DNA of 32,909 nt from a virus (IMGVR_UViG_3300048848_000262:1-32909); one strand, 5' to 3'; shown: positions 9,228-18,435, counted from the stretch's first letter. Notes: generated by a model not told the origin, from the letters alone. Made by a program: numbers and translations.

Positions 9228-9814
9228 GCGATCGCTTCCTCGAAGCTCATCTTCGGATAGGCGGCCAGCGCCGATTCCGGACTGCAATTGACAACCGCGA
9301 TGCCCGCAGGAGCTGTCCAATCTGCCGCCAACCACTTTCGCACCGTGGCATCTCGCGGGTTGTTGAGCCCTCGGCCATGCCGGCCGTGCCAGTGCTCGCC
9401 ATGGGCCAGCGACATGTCGAATCCTACAAGCAGGATGCGCTTAGCACCCCAGTTGATGGCTAGGTTCAGCGCCTGGAAGCCACTGTTGCCCCCGTCGCCA
9501 ACCGCTTCCCCACCAGTGAGTATCGAATGATTGGCGCGATCAATCGCGACACGCATCAAGCCGAACTCACGCGCAGCTGCGATCTCGTATGTCAGTTTCA
9601 GCCCGGCGAACTCCGGCACACCGCTGTTCCGACGCCACCAGGCGCCGTCGCAGGCATAAAGAGCATCAGCCCAAGGACAGAGCCGCCAGCTTTCGTTCAC
9701 GGCGAGAAACCGCGCCATGCCGCGGAGCCGGCGGAGCGGTACACCCTTGGCGCTCGGCCCCGATGCGACGACAACGGCCGTTTGGCCTGACCAATCAGGC
9801 GCAGACGGGATCAT
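9224..9814 (-). CDS. Putative Maf/DUF115/sialyltransferase-like (GT42/GT29-fold) transferase
   Basis: VVVASGPS...LAVN...GGNSGFQALNLA..GAKRILLVGFDM...HWHG matches the GxGPS / SG..A..LA...G...I.L.G.D pattern of these families. Confidence 0.65.
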   Translation of the reverse strand: MIPSAPDWSGQTAVVVASGPSAKGVPLRRLRGMARFLAVNESWRLCPWADALYACDGAWWRRNSGVPEFAGLKLTYEIAAAREFGLMRVAIDRANHSILTGGEAVGDGGNSGFQALNLAINWGAKRILLVGFDMSLAHGEHWHGRHGRGLNNPRDATVRKWLAADWTAPAGIAVVNCSPESALAAYPKMSFEEAIA

Positions 9815-10142
9815 GGTATCGGTGCAGCAGCGACTTCACAGCGACTGACAGATAGCCTTCGGCGTCCGCATCCTCGTCGCCACGATGCTCCCAGAGCCAG
9901 GAAAGGATCATGAGCGTCGCAGCTTTTACTTGCGGGGGAGCCGTATCAGCGTTCCATGTCGGCGTCTCGCGCGCGATATAGGAGGCCATGTAGTCCTCAG
10001 CAGCAGCCGTTGCCGCGGCGATCATCCGCTCGATCTCGGCAAAACGGATGTCATCCGAATAGTCCGGCGGGCTGCTGTCGTCGCCTTCGAGATCCAGCCG
10101 AAGCTGATCGTTGGCTTCCTCGATAGTGATCAGGTCCATCAC
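9795..10142 (-). CDS. Head-tail connector (HK97 gp6 / SPP1 gp15-like)
   Basis: LITIEEANDQLRLD...PPQVKAATLMILSWLWEHR...VKSLLHRYHDP. Confidence 0.88.
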   Translation of the reverse strand: MMDLITIEEANDQLRLDLEGDDSSPPDYSDDIRFAEIERMIAAATAAAEDYMASYIARETPTWNADTAPPQVKAATLMILSWLWEHRGDEDADAEGYLSVAVKSLLHRYHDPVCA

Positions 10143-10975
10143 GCAGCCTTGCCGTCTTTGCCGTCACGGCCACGCTTCACAGCGAGGCGCCATCCGCTGT
10201 CAGGCGTATCAGGTTTGTCGGACGTGTCTCGCTGCGCAATCCAGAACGATCCTGCCCAGCTGGTGCCCGAGCCCTTCGCATACGGGCCGTCGCGCCAGAC
10301 GCCGCGGTCAATAACAACCGGGAGCGGGAATTCTTTTATGACATCGCCGCGCGCGAAGCGAAGCGTAAGCCCCTTCTCGCCTTCGATCAGATCGAAATCG
10401 TCGAAGCCGAGGCCATCGGCGCCGTCGCGACCGTCTGCGCCCTTCGTTCCCGGAGATCCGTCGCGGCCGTTGGTGCCATCCTTGCCCAGAACCGGGCCCA
10501 GGTTTTTGTGTTCACCATTTGTGAGCGTGACGACCAAGTCGCCGGCGCGATCGATGACAGCGCCGGCCAGTCCGATGCCATCACGGCCATCCGCGCCCTT
10601 TTGGCCCGGCTCGCCGTTCCGCCCAGCCGCACCATCCACGCCGTCGCGGCCGGCGGCGCCGTCCACGCCGTTCTTCCCAGCCGCCGGTGGATTGATCTCA
10701 AGGTACCGAGCGACAGCGCTCGCAATCTGCTCATCCGTCACCGGCGTGGCGTCCACTCCGTCGCGGCCCGCTGCGCCATCTTTACCATTGGCGCCATCGC
10801 GGCCCGCCGCGCCATCGATGCCATTGCGACCATCCTCGCCCTTTTCGCCGCGCAATGGTTCCCGAGCTTCCAATTCGGCAATCCGCTTCAAAAGCGGCTC
10901 CTGTTCCGAAGCCACGAATTCACGGATGACCGGAGCAAGCTCAACGATCATCGCCTTGATCTGCTCAGTCTTCAT
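10139..10975 (-). CDS. Collagen-like (Gly-X-Y repeat) putative virion fibre protein
   Basis: Three G-X-Y tracts (GEKGEDGRNGIDGAAGRDG...), an N-terminal coiled coil, and a Trp-rich C-terminal domain (YAKGSGTSWAGSFWIA). Confidence 0.85.
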   Translation of the reverse strand: MKTEQIKAMIVELAPVIREFVASEQEPLLKRIAELEAREPLRGEKGEDGRNGIDGAAGRDGANGKDGAAGRDGVDATPVTDEQIASAVARYLEINPPAAGKNGVDGAAGRDGVDGAAGRNGEPGQKGADGRDGIGLAGAVIDRAGDLVVTLTNGEHKNLGPVLGKDGTNGRDGSPGTKGADGRDGADGLGFDDFDLIEGEKGLTLRFARGDVIKEFPLPVVIDRGVWRDGPYAKGSGTSWAGSFWIAQRDTSDKPDTPDSGWRLAVKRGRDGKDGKAA

Positions 10976-12363
10976 GCTGCTTCCCGATACAGACCAAGCT
11001 CTTTGCGAAGGAGAGACGCGGCGATCAGGCCGCGCGCTTCGTTATCGTCGGCGCCGTCATCGTCAATTGGCGGCGGCGGCAACACGGCCGCACCGTCACT
11101 TTTCTTGAACGGGTCTTCCTGTGCATCTCGCTTTGCGAGCGCCGCAAGGCTGAAATCCTGCTGCTGTCGATAGACAACATTGCCACCAGGCGTCGGACCG
11201 AGATTGATCCGCGCTCGCGCCTCGTCGGGCGTGAGGGTGTTCTTGCCCTTATCGATCACTTCCATCTGCGTGATGCTATCCATACGCAGCAGGTTGTCAG
11301 TATCGAACTCGACACCAAGGTTTGAGCCATAGCCGATGCCAAGGCCGGCATCGAGGCATTCCTCGGCAGCCTCGATCAAGTGCTGCAGCGCCTGCGAATA
11401 GTATTCAAGGTTCAGTGCTTGGACGTTCGATACCGACGGCATCTGGCCGATACCCACCTTGTAAGGTGGAACGTGATAGGTCGAGCAGACCACCGTATCG
11501 GCCCACTTCAGCTGTTCGATCAGTTGCGCATCCACAGCTTTAGTCGCCATGGATTCGAATTTCAGGTCATTGCCGAGCACGGCGACCTTGCCAACGTTGT
11601 CGCCCGTGTAATTCGCGTCCCAATTCGCTTTCAAACGGTCGGCGGTCACTTGATCGATCAGACCAGGCGCCGTCAGAATGCCGCTTGGCATCGAGCGGTT
11701 GCCAAAGAATCGCGCCGAACCGTTCTGAATATTCAGCGCCTGCGTGGCGGCGACACCGTTCGCAAAAATCGGCGAAAGGCCGACAAGCGGATGAAACAGG
11801 CAGTTGTAGCGATCGTGGATGATCTCGCTGGCCGGCACCACCACGTCGATCTTCAGACCAGACAGATTGTCCTGCTGCAGCTGATAGAACACCGACCCAT
11901 CGTCGGAGACGAGCGGCGTCACAAGACCGGGGTCGAGAATGTAAAGCGCCTTGACGTTGCCGGTGCCTTGACCGCCGCGATTATCCCGTTCTTTCAAAGC
12001 GTATGTGTTGCCGTGCCCAAGCTTCGAGAGCATCCAACTTTCCCAGAACTGGTTTCGCGTCTGGAAATGGTTTGGTTTCCGCAGCACCGGCCCATAGGCC
12101 GCGTTCTCGACCTCAGTCCAGATGCCGTGAGAATCCTTTGCGACCAGCTTGATGCGCAGCTTCGAAAGGTCCGACGCGATCAGCGTCTTGCACGCAAAGT
12201 TGGCCGGATTCGAAAGAACGTTGTCCCGATTGACCTTGATGTTCCGCTGCCAAGCGTTGGCGAACGGCTCCAAGATCGTGTACCAGCCACGCGCCTCCGC
12301 CACAGGCGAGAGCGCCTTTGCGGACGTGCTTGTGAATGGGATCGGAAGACCGAAGACGCGCAA
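10972..12363 (-). CDS. Portal protein, HK97 family
   Basis: KPNHFQT..QFWE...GNTY, EIIHDR...LVGLSPI, FFGNRSMPSGIL, YHVPPYKVG, LTPDEARA; TTG start. Confidence 0.95.
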   Translation of the reverse strand: MRVFGLPIPFTSTSAKALSPVAEARGWYTILEPFANAWQRNIKVNRDNVLSNPANFACKTLIASDLSKLRIKLVAKDSHGIWTEVENAAYGPVLRKPNHFQTRNQFWESWMLSKLGHGNTYALKERDNRGGQGTGNVKALYILDPGLVTPLVSDDGSVFYQLQQDNLSGLKIDVVVPASEIIHDRYNCLFHPLVGLSPIFANGVAATQALNIQNGSARFFGNRSMPSGILTAPGLIDQVTADRLKANWDANYTGDNVGKVAVLGNDLKFESMATKAVDAQLIEQLKWADTVVCSTYHVPPYKVGIGQMPSVSNVQALNLEYYSQALQHLIEAAEECLDAGLGIGYGSNLGVEFDTDNLLRMDSITQMEVIDKGKNTLTPDEARARINLGPTPGGNVVYRQQQDFSLAALAKRDAQEDPFKKSDGAAVLPPPPIDDDGADDNEARGLIAASLLRKELGLYREAA

Positions 12364-12365
12364 GG

Positions 12366-12674
12366 TCAGCCCTTCGCTTTAGCGGCTTTCGCCGCAGCAA
12401 TCTTCTTGGTGAGCTTGTCGGCATTCCACCCCATGAAGGGCGGCCTACCTGTGACTGCTTTGTATTCGCCGCGCAGATCCCGCAGTTCCGGATCGACTTC
12501 CTGACGATCCTGCTCGGGCTCGGCCGGCGCGCCGGCGGCGGGAACGCCACGAGTCGCCTTGCCGAGCGCCAGAAGAACACGCTCGTCCTTTCCCGATCGA
12601 ACGATGAAACCCTCTCCCGCCTTCAGGCGTCGAGTGGCATACACGAAAGGCTTGGTGGCGATCAGATTGCGCAT
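12366..12674 (-). CDS. Hypothetical protein between capsid and portal
   Basis: SD GAGGA plus ATG; C-terminal LRGEYKAVTGRPPFMGWNADKLTKKI is a small helical motif. Confidence 0.8.
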   Translation of the reverse strand: MRNLIATKPFVYATRRLKAGEGFIVRSGKDERVLLALGKATRGVPAAGAPAEPEQDRQEVDPELRDLRGEYKAVTGRPPFMGWNADKLTKKIAAAKAAKAKG

Positions 12675-12690
12675 ATTGCGTCCTCACATG

Positions 12691-12720
12691 AAAGGAAGCG
12701 GGCGGCGAACCGCCCGCTCC
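12691..12720 (-). terminator. Hairpin / probable intrinsic terminator or attenuator after the major capsid gene
   Basis: AGCGGGCGG-TTCG-CCGCCCGCT (9-bp stem, UUCG loop) followed by TCCTTTC, a weak U tract. Confidence 0.7.
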
Positions 12721-12728
12721 TGTTTCGG

Positions 12729-14105
12729 TTAGCCCGAGATCGCGCCGTAATCGGCATCGCCGATGTAAGCGACGGCCGAAGCGCGGCGCTTGGCGAAGTT
12801 CAGCGGGCGGACGACCTTGATGGCCACCGAGTCCGTCTGGAACATCGAAACGACGCTCGCGTTCGCCACCGGGGTATCGCTGGCGCCGTCCGGCGCGCTG
12901 TCCATCTGGATAGCCGCTTCGGTGGAGAGCGAGACCTCGACGCCGCGATCGCCGATCTTGTAGATGTCGGACGGACGCAGGAGGATCAGGTCGCCGGCGC
13001 CGACATTGCCGCCAGCGATGATCGGATCACCCAGCAGCGAGCCGCCAGCAGCGGTCATGCCCGGGAAGGCCCAGTTGCCGAGCGCGTTCTGCAGCAGGCC
13101 GACCGACTTCGCGAGCGACTCGGTGGTGACGAATTGCAGCCCGCTGGCATTCTTCGCGGCGATGAAGTCCGCATAGAGCGCCTTCACGTCCGCGATCACG
13201 CCATCGATGTCGTTGCCGGCGCTGGTCTTCGCCGTCACGCCATTGAGGATGCCGGCCGGCGACACGCCGCTAACCGCTGCAGCCGCGCCGAGGAAGGTCT
13301 GATCCACACGCTGGGCAGACGCCTCGACAAGAGCATCGCGGACCAGCTTTTCAGCCGACGGCGACGCATCCCGCAGCAACTCCTTGGACACGACGGCGAG
13401 CGCGGCGACCTTCAGCGGCGTCAGAGTGACGTCCATGAAGTCCGCCTTGCTGACCGGGATCGACTTGGACTGACCGACCCAGTAGCCGGTGGCCGCGCCG
13501 TCCTGGCCCTTGATGTTGACGTTCGCAGGCACTTCGCGAAGCGGCAGCTTGTCGAACACCGTGCGGCTGTAGAGATACTCGATGAAGTCGCCGGTGTAGT
13601 TTTCGGCGCGCGCCAGTTCGGCACCCCACTCGCCCGACTCCGTGCCGCCGCCAGCGACCGCGGCCTTGATGGTTTCGACCAGCTGAGGAGCGGATTTGCC
13701 CCAGCGCTGGTGAGCGACGCCGACCGCCGACACATCGTCGATGCGAGCAAGCGTTTTGGCGATCACCATGCGGGTGTAGTTCTGGCCCGGGAACGCCTCG
13801 TCCTTGTCGCCCTTTTTCAGGATGATGGGGGAGGCAACAGCGCGGCTGTCCGTGGCGTCGGCCTGGTTGCCGCCCTTGACGACGGTCTTCGGCGAGGCGG
13901 CGGCAGCCTTCTCCAGCGTGCGGAGGCGCTCGATGTGCTTATCGACCGCGTCGATATCCTTGGCAAAGCCGTCGTACTCGTCCGTCTGGGACGCGTCGAG
14001 CGTCGAGCCATCGGACGCGGCCTTGTCCATGATCGCTTCCATGCCGGCGACGAGCGAAGCGCGCTTCGCTTCGAAGGCCGAAATCTGTTCTGCGTACTTG
14101 CTCAT
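12729..14105 (-). CDS. Major capsid protein, HK97 fold, with N-terminal delta domain
   Basis: Coiled-coil N-terminus; AATGYWVGQSKSIP, LTPLKVAAL..VSKELLRDASP, SMFQTDSVAIK. Confidence 0.95.
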   Translation of the reverse strand: MSKYAEQISAFEAKRASLVAGMEAIMDKAASDGSTLDASQTDEYDGFAKDIDAVDKHIERLRTLEKAAAASPKTVVKGGNQADATDSRAVASPIILKKGDKDEAFPGQNYTRMVIAKTLARIDDVSAVGVAHQRWGKSAPQLVETIKAAVAGGGTESGEWGAELARAENYTGDFIEYLYSRTVFDKLPLREVPANVNIKGQDGAATGYWVGQSKSIPVSKADFMDVTLTPLKVAALAVVSKELLRDASPSAEKLVRDALVEASAQRVDQTFLGAAAAVSGVSPAGILNGVTAKTSAGNDIDGVIADVKALYADFIAAKNASGLQFVTTESLAKSVGLLQNALGNWAFPGMTAAGGSLLGDPIIAGGNVGAGDLILLRPSDIYKIGDRGVEVSLSTEAAIQMDSAPDGASDTPVANASVVSMFQTDSVAIKVVRPLNFAKRRASAVAYIGDADYGAISG

Positions 14106-14114
14106 TGGTAGCTC

Positions 14115-14738
14115 CTACCGTTTGATCGAGCGAATGATGAAAGGCGAAGCCCGATCGCGGGCGGGTTCAGCCAATCGAACCACGCGAGCGCCCTTGCCTG
14201 TCGCGGCTACGCTCTTGGGATCGATCGGAATCTCGGAGTCGACCACGCCGGCGGCATCGCGCAGGCCGCGGTCGATAGATTTGACAGCAGATATGATCGC
14301 CTCTGCATTGGCGGGGATCGACACAGTGGAGAGCTCGAAAATCTCGATCTCCTGAAACTCAATGCCGCCATCGTCTTTGAAGGCATACTTCAGCGGACGG
14401 AAGCCGATGGACACTGCACGCACCAGACCATGCTGGATCTCGCCCCATGCGGTATCGACACGATCCTTGAGCGGGCCAGCATCGCTGATGATCGGCATCT
14501 CTGCCTGAAACTTGATGCCCTTCGACGTCGGCTTCTCAAAAGTGACATTGCCGATCGGCGCGTCATGATTGTGCTGGTGCAGCAGCACGAGCGGGTTGGC
14601 GAACTTGGCGCCCATCGGATTGATGGTGTCCTGCACGCGATCCATGGCCGGAGTTGTGGCCCATCCGGAGAACTGCCGGCGCTTCTCATCAAGAGCTTTC
14701 ACCTCGATGACCGAATATGCGCGAGTGAGCGCGTTCAT
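14115..14738 (-). CDS. Prohead protease, HK97 family
   Basis: FSGWATTP..DR..D, LLHQHNHDAPIG, AVSIGFRP, ELSTVSIPAN. Confidence 0.94.
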   Translation of the reverse strand: MNALTRAYSVIEVKALDEKRRQFSGWATTPAMDRVQDTINPMGAKFANPLVLLHQHNHDAPIGNVTFEKPTSKGIKFQAEMPIISDAGPLKDRVDTAWGEIQHGLVRAVSIGFRPLKYAFKDDGGIEFQEIEIFELSTVSIPANAEAIISAVKSIDRGLRDAAGVVDSEIPIDPKSVAATGKGARVVRLAEPARDRASPFIIRSIKR

Positions 14739-14749
14739 GGCATGTTTCC

Positions 14750-16444
14750 TTAGACGAACATCATCTGGAATTCGGGGTTGCGCTTCGCCTCGGGGTTTCG
14801 AGACATCAGCATCACCGCATTGAAAGCTGCGATTAGCGGGTCGATCTTAGCCTTGCCGGCCGTCTGTTTGGTGACCAGCACGGCGTTGCCGCGCTTCTCA
14901 ACCTTTGCGTTACCAACCACCCAGTTCATCAGAGCCGAGCCGTCGTGTTCAATTGTGCCGTCGGCGAGCTTGCGCTCGAGCCCGAGCACCGCGCCGTTCA
15001 GCTTGTAGCCCTGTGCGATGCCCTGCAGCTGCTTCTCTTCGATGCCGCGGGACACCATCTCTTCGATCATCGCCGTGACACCGAAAGGGTCGAGCCCGAT
15101 CGCCGCCTCTTCTGGCAGCAATCCAGCGTCCTTCACCCTCTCGATAATGTCGGCCAGCTCTTCGACATCCTGCGTCGGGTACTGGCAAATCGTAAGCGAC
15201 TTCTCTTTCTCGAAGTCTCGGAGCCGCGGCGCGATCTCTTGGCGAAGTTTCAGCACGTCCGGCTGACACCATGCATGCGCCCAAAGCAGCCACTTCCGCG
15301 TGTCGCGATCTCGGCCCAACAGAACCAAGCCGAGCAAATCGTCGAGGCCGCCACCGTCACCGCCGACCACAACCACGTCGCAGCGGGCAAGGAGCACATC
15401 AAGATCACGGAGCGTCTTGTTTGCGCAGCGCTCCCAGTAATTGGCGCCAGCCCAGCGATTGTTCGCGAGCCGCAACCCGATCTCTACGTTCAGATGCTTG
15501 GCGAGATAGACCTGATACTCGCCGCCGGTCGCGTCCTTGACCTTTTTGAGCTCATCGACCAGCCATTCCGCATCGACAGATCTGCCAATGTTCGGGTTGG
15601 TGACATAGAAGAAAGCCGGATCGAGATAGGACTCGGCCTCGATCATCTTTTCCGGGAACTCGTAAAGCACCGGAAGGCTTTTGCGATCCTCGATTTTGCC
15701 ATCCCGCACATTGCGGAAATAGTCGAGCTTCGCTTTGAACACCCCGGCCGGCTCGGCGTCCGCCTGCGTCGAGAGATAGATCACAAAACCCTCGGGCCGC
15801 GAAACCTGCCCGCCCGTCGCCTCTCGCAGCATCGAATCTGCGTTTGGCTTCTTGCCGAACAGCCAGAGCTCGTCGACTAAGACGAACGCTGCTTTCTTGC
15901 CCGACACAGTCTCATTGTCGGCGGCAACCACTTTCAAGACCGCGTTCGTGGTCCTGTGTGTGATCGTCCGGATGTGATCCTGGATATGGAGCAGGCCACC
16001 CTGCTGCCAGTCCAGTTCCGGATCCTCGCGGATCATGTCGCGCGCCGGGTGAAACGCATTGGCCGCGACTTCGATAGTCGGCGCCAAGATCAGCAGCTCC
16101 GCGGAATGCCGCCAGTTGCGGATCAGCGCCGTCACCATGATGCCTGCGGCGATGGTCGATTTTGAGTTCTTCTTGCTGATGAGCAGGAAGAACTCGCGGA
16201 TCATGCGCCGCGCGGTGTCCGGGTTATAGGCCCCGAAGATCGCTGCGACGAAATCGAAAACCCACGGCTCGCATGCCTCGCCGAAGGTTGGCTTGCCCGG
16301 AGCATCGACGATGCGCAGGGACTTGAACACATCGAGCGCCGCAGCCGCCTCGTCGGCGAACAGTGGGCTCGGGATGAGCGACCTGCGCTGGACAATCCGC
16401 TCCCGCCAGTCCGGGCAAGCCGTTGTCCACTCAACATCGGCCAT
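14750..16444 (-). CDS. terL: Terminase large subunit
   Basis: Walker A-like ISKKNSKST, Walker B VLVDELW, nuclease motifs [10 protein letters not shown] and KIDPLIA. Confidence 0.95.
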   Translation of the reverse strand: MADVEWTTACPDWRERIVQRRSLIPSPLFADEAAAALDVFKSLRIVDAPGKPTFGEACEPWVFDFVAAIFGAYNPDTARRMIREFFLLISKKNSKSTIAAGIMVTALIRNWRHSAELLILAPTIEVAANAFHPARDMIREDPELDWQQGGLLHIQDHIRTITHRTTNAVLKVVAADNETVSGKKAAFVLVDELWLFGKKPNADSMLREATGGQVSRPEGFVIYLSTQADAEPAGVFKAKLDYFRNVRDGKIEDRKSLPVLYEFPEKMIEAESYLDPAFFYVTNPNIGRSVDAEWLVDELKKVKDATGGEYQVYLAKHLNVEIGLRLANNRWAGANYWERCANKTLRDLDVLLARCDVVVVGGDGGGLDDLLGLVLLGRDRDTRKWLLWAHAWCQPDVLKLRQEIAPRLRDFEKEKSLTICQYPTQDVEELADIIERVKDAGLLPEEAAIGLDPFGVTAMIEEMVSRGIEEKQLQGIAQGYKLNGAVLGLERKLADGTIEHDGSALMNWVVGNAKVEKRGNAVLVTKQTAGKAKIDPLIAAFNAVMLMSRNPEAKRNPEFQMMFV

Positions 16445-17013
16445 CAGTGCGTAGAGACCGTCTTAGGCGCCGCCGGCGGAGCGAATTTGCTTCCTGGCGA
16501 AGCCACCTGCTCGGCTGAACGCTGGCGCTGGGCCTTCTTGCCCCCGTCTACCGCGGCACCTGACTCGTTCAGCGTCTTGGCGGCGAGCGCGAGAGACTTC
16601 AGCACCTCGGCCCGTTGCTTGAGCGAGATCACCTGGTTCAGGGCTTCCTTCGCCTTGACCCGGTCCTCGCCGTCAACCGCGGTGTCGATGATCATCTCGA
16701 GCTCACCGAGCTTAGATGTGGTCGCGTCGAGCTCATCGAGCAATCGAAGGGTCAGGTTCCGGCCCCGACCAACGATCGCTTCAGGGCTGGTCGTCTCCGG
16801 TGTGACCGGGGTCTGAACAATGGTTATCGTTCGCGGCTCGGTACGCACTTCAGGCTGCGTACCAACCTTGACCCATTCCTCTTTCTTCGCGCGCTTGCGA
16901 ATGGCGCCTTCCGAGATCGAATACCAAGCCGCCAGTTCGCGGTTAGACATTGAATCTGCGATGTAATCTCGCTTGATGCCTGCCCAGTCGATAGGCTTTT
17001 TGTCATCCGCCAT
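16444..17013 (-). CDS. terS: Terminase small subunit
   Basis: N-terminal [12 protein letters not shown]...[25 protein letters not shown]; coupled to terL by a TGATG overlap. Confidence 0.85.
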   Translation of the reverse strand: MADDKKPIDWAGIKRDYIADSMSNRELAAWYSISEGAIRKRAKKEEWVKVGTQPEVRTEPRTITIVQTPVTPETTSPEAIVGRGRNLTLRLLDELDATTSKLGELEMIIDTAVDGEDRVKAKEALNQVISLKQRAEVLKSLALAAKTLNESGAAVDGGKKAQRQRSAEQVASPGSKFAPPAAPKTVSTH

Positions 17014-17129
17014 TGCTAGTACGCAGAGCAGTACGCACCCTCAATTTCTCCACCCAGGAAAAAATCTGCACATGAGTAGAGCGCCGGTCCTTAGGTGAAG
17101 CCGCCTAAAAGGAACCGAATCCCCCCCCC
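17014..17129 (-). other. Probable cos/packaging region
   Basis: Non-coding gap between the HNH gene and terS. On the minus strand it has a G9 run, a GC-rich core GACCGGCGC and a T6 run, the usual layout for HK97-like cos phages. The cut site was not determined. Confidence 0.6.
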
Positions 17130-17492
17130 TTATGGGTACTGCTGCCGCTCCTCCGATTGAATCAGGCTATCGTGCACAGCCTTGGTGACTGTCTCGATGT
17201 TGTTGATGTCCCAGAACAAAGCCGGATCGCCTCGATGCGGGATCTTGTGGTTGGCCACCGGGCTATGCGGCGCAGGGTATCGGCCTATGGCCAGATCACC
17301 TGAGCGTTGGCACCGATAGGAGTCACGAAGAAACACCTCGTGCCGCAGCTGCTGCCATCGCTTCGTCTTGTACCACTGGCGCCATGGCGCCAATCGGTTG
17401 CGGGACAGGTCGGCAGCGACAGCGTCGCCTGGTGCATACGATAGCCGCGGCGGCTTGGTGGTCAGCATGGGCTTCAGCAGCTTCAAGCCCAC
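17130..17492 (-). CDS. Terminase-associated HNH protein (HK97 gp74-like)
   Basis: GTG at 17492 after AGGAGA. WYKTKRWQQLR..VFLRD, NHKIPHRGD..LFWD..N...HDS; adjacent to terS. Confidence 0.85.
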   Translation of the reverse strand: MGLKLLKPMLTTKPPRLSYAPGDAVAADLSRNRLAPWRQWYKTKRWQQLRHEVFLRDSYRCQRSGDLAIGRYPAPHSPVANHKIPHRGDPALFWDINNIETVTKAVHDSLIQSEERQQYP

Positions 17493-17539
17493 AATGTCTC
17501 TCCTGCCTGTGCCTACCCTCGCGCCGATAGGCGCGCCGA

Positions 17540-17782
17540 TCAATCGGCTTGGGCAGGGTTCATCTCGCTAGGCGACGTGTCCACCGGGTGCATCAGGATG
17601 TCGTCAGCCTTATCGATCACCGGCTCACCGATCCTCATGCGCATATGCTCTCGCCTGCGCTTGATCCTGGCCTTGCCGCCATCTGTGGTCTTGGGCGTAA
17701 AGGCTACACGGATGACGTTGTGGGCATCGATCGGCTGGTCACCCTGCGTCTCTACGTCACCGATGAAGTAGGACATAGTCAC
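17540..17782 (-). CDS. Hypothetical protein
   Basis: Start overlaps the upstream stop and fits the late operon tiling. Confidence 0.55.
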   Translation of the reverse strand: MTMSYFIGDVETQGDQPIDAHNVIRVAFTPKTTDGGKARIKRRREHMRMRIGEPVIDKADDILMHPVDTSPSEMNPAQAD

Positions 17783-17994
17783 TCAAACATCCATCTGTCC
17801 GGCCAATGAGTGCCGCCATCCAAGTACATTCGATCGTGCGATCGCGGGTGTCTTGGCATCGAACTTGGTATGAAGCGCTCTTGCTTCGGCATCTCGAAGC
17901 TATGATCGAATTCCAAGGTCGCCATACGATTCAACGCGTAGATACCCAAAGCAGCGGAACGGTCACCGGTGAGAACAATCATTCCAGCCGCCAT
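17779..17994 (-). CDS. Hypothetical protein
   Basis: SD GGGGAG plus ATG; fits operon tiling. Confidence 0.6.
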   Translation of the reverse strand: MAAGMIVLTGDRSAALGIYALNRMATLEFDHSFEMPKQERFIPSSMPRHPRSHDRMYLDGGTHWPDRWMFE

Positions 17995-18058
17995 GATATT
18001 TTCTCCCCGTCGCTATCCGCGTCCGGACGCCAAGCAATGAGGGCTTGGCTGCGACGGG

Positions 18059-18241
18059 TTACGATGCCTTGGGGCCGTAAAGCTTGGTGCCGATGCGTTT
18101 CAGCTCCTCGCGATCTACCCAGCTGAGCCGGGGATCATCGAGATCCGCCACGAGGATGCCTGCGTTCTTGAAGCCGGAGGCCTTGATAGCCTCACGGTCA
18201 ATCGGCCGACCAGGTGCCGGACTGTTGGTGCGGAGATACAT
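18059..18241 (-). CDS. Small hypothetical phage protein
   Basis: ATG at 18241: MYLRTNSP...GILVADLDDPRLSWVDREELKRIGTKLYG; protein-like codon usage. Confidence 0.7.
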   Translation of the reverse strand: MYLRTNSPAPGRPIDREAIKASGFKNAGILVADLDDPRLSWVDREELKRIGTKLYGPKAS

Positions 18242-18435
18242 GATCACGAATGAGTGCCGCTGTCTGACCGGCGCGCTCGATAGACAGCGGGGATACGGAG
18301 ACGCGGCGCGCGGGACCATGAAGCGGTCCGATCTACCTGCTGCGCAGGTGCGGGGCGAATACGCCGGTCACAAGCCGGATCGAAAGCCTCGACTTAGGAG
18401 GATTGAGCCATGCCTGATTTGCGCCGTGATAGCAA

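Noticed and set aside
10420-10850. Repeated CCGTCGCGGCC-like units as a possible CRISPR or DGR repeat
   Set aside because: They encode the collagen G-X-Y repeats. There are no regular spacers, cas genes or reverse transcriptase.
9885-14111. Long plus-strand ORFs (407, 374 and 591 aa) opposite the collagen, portal and capsid genes
   Set aside because: Antisense shadows of high-GC coding genes, with no motifs or RBS.
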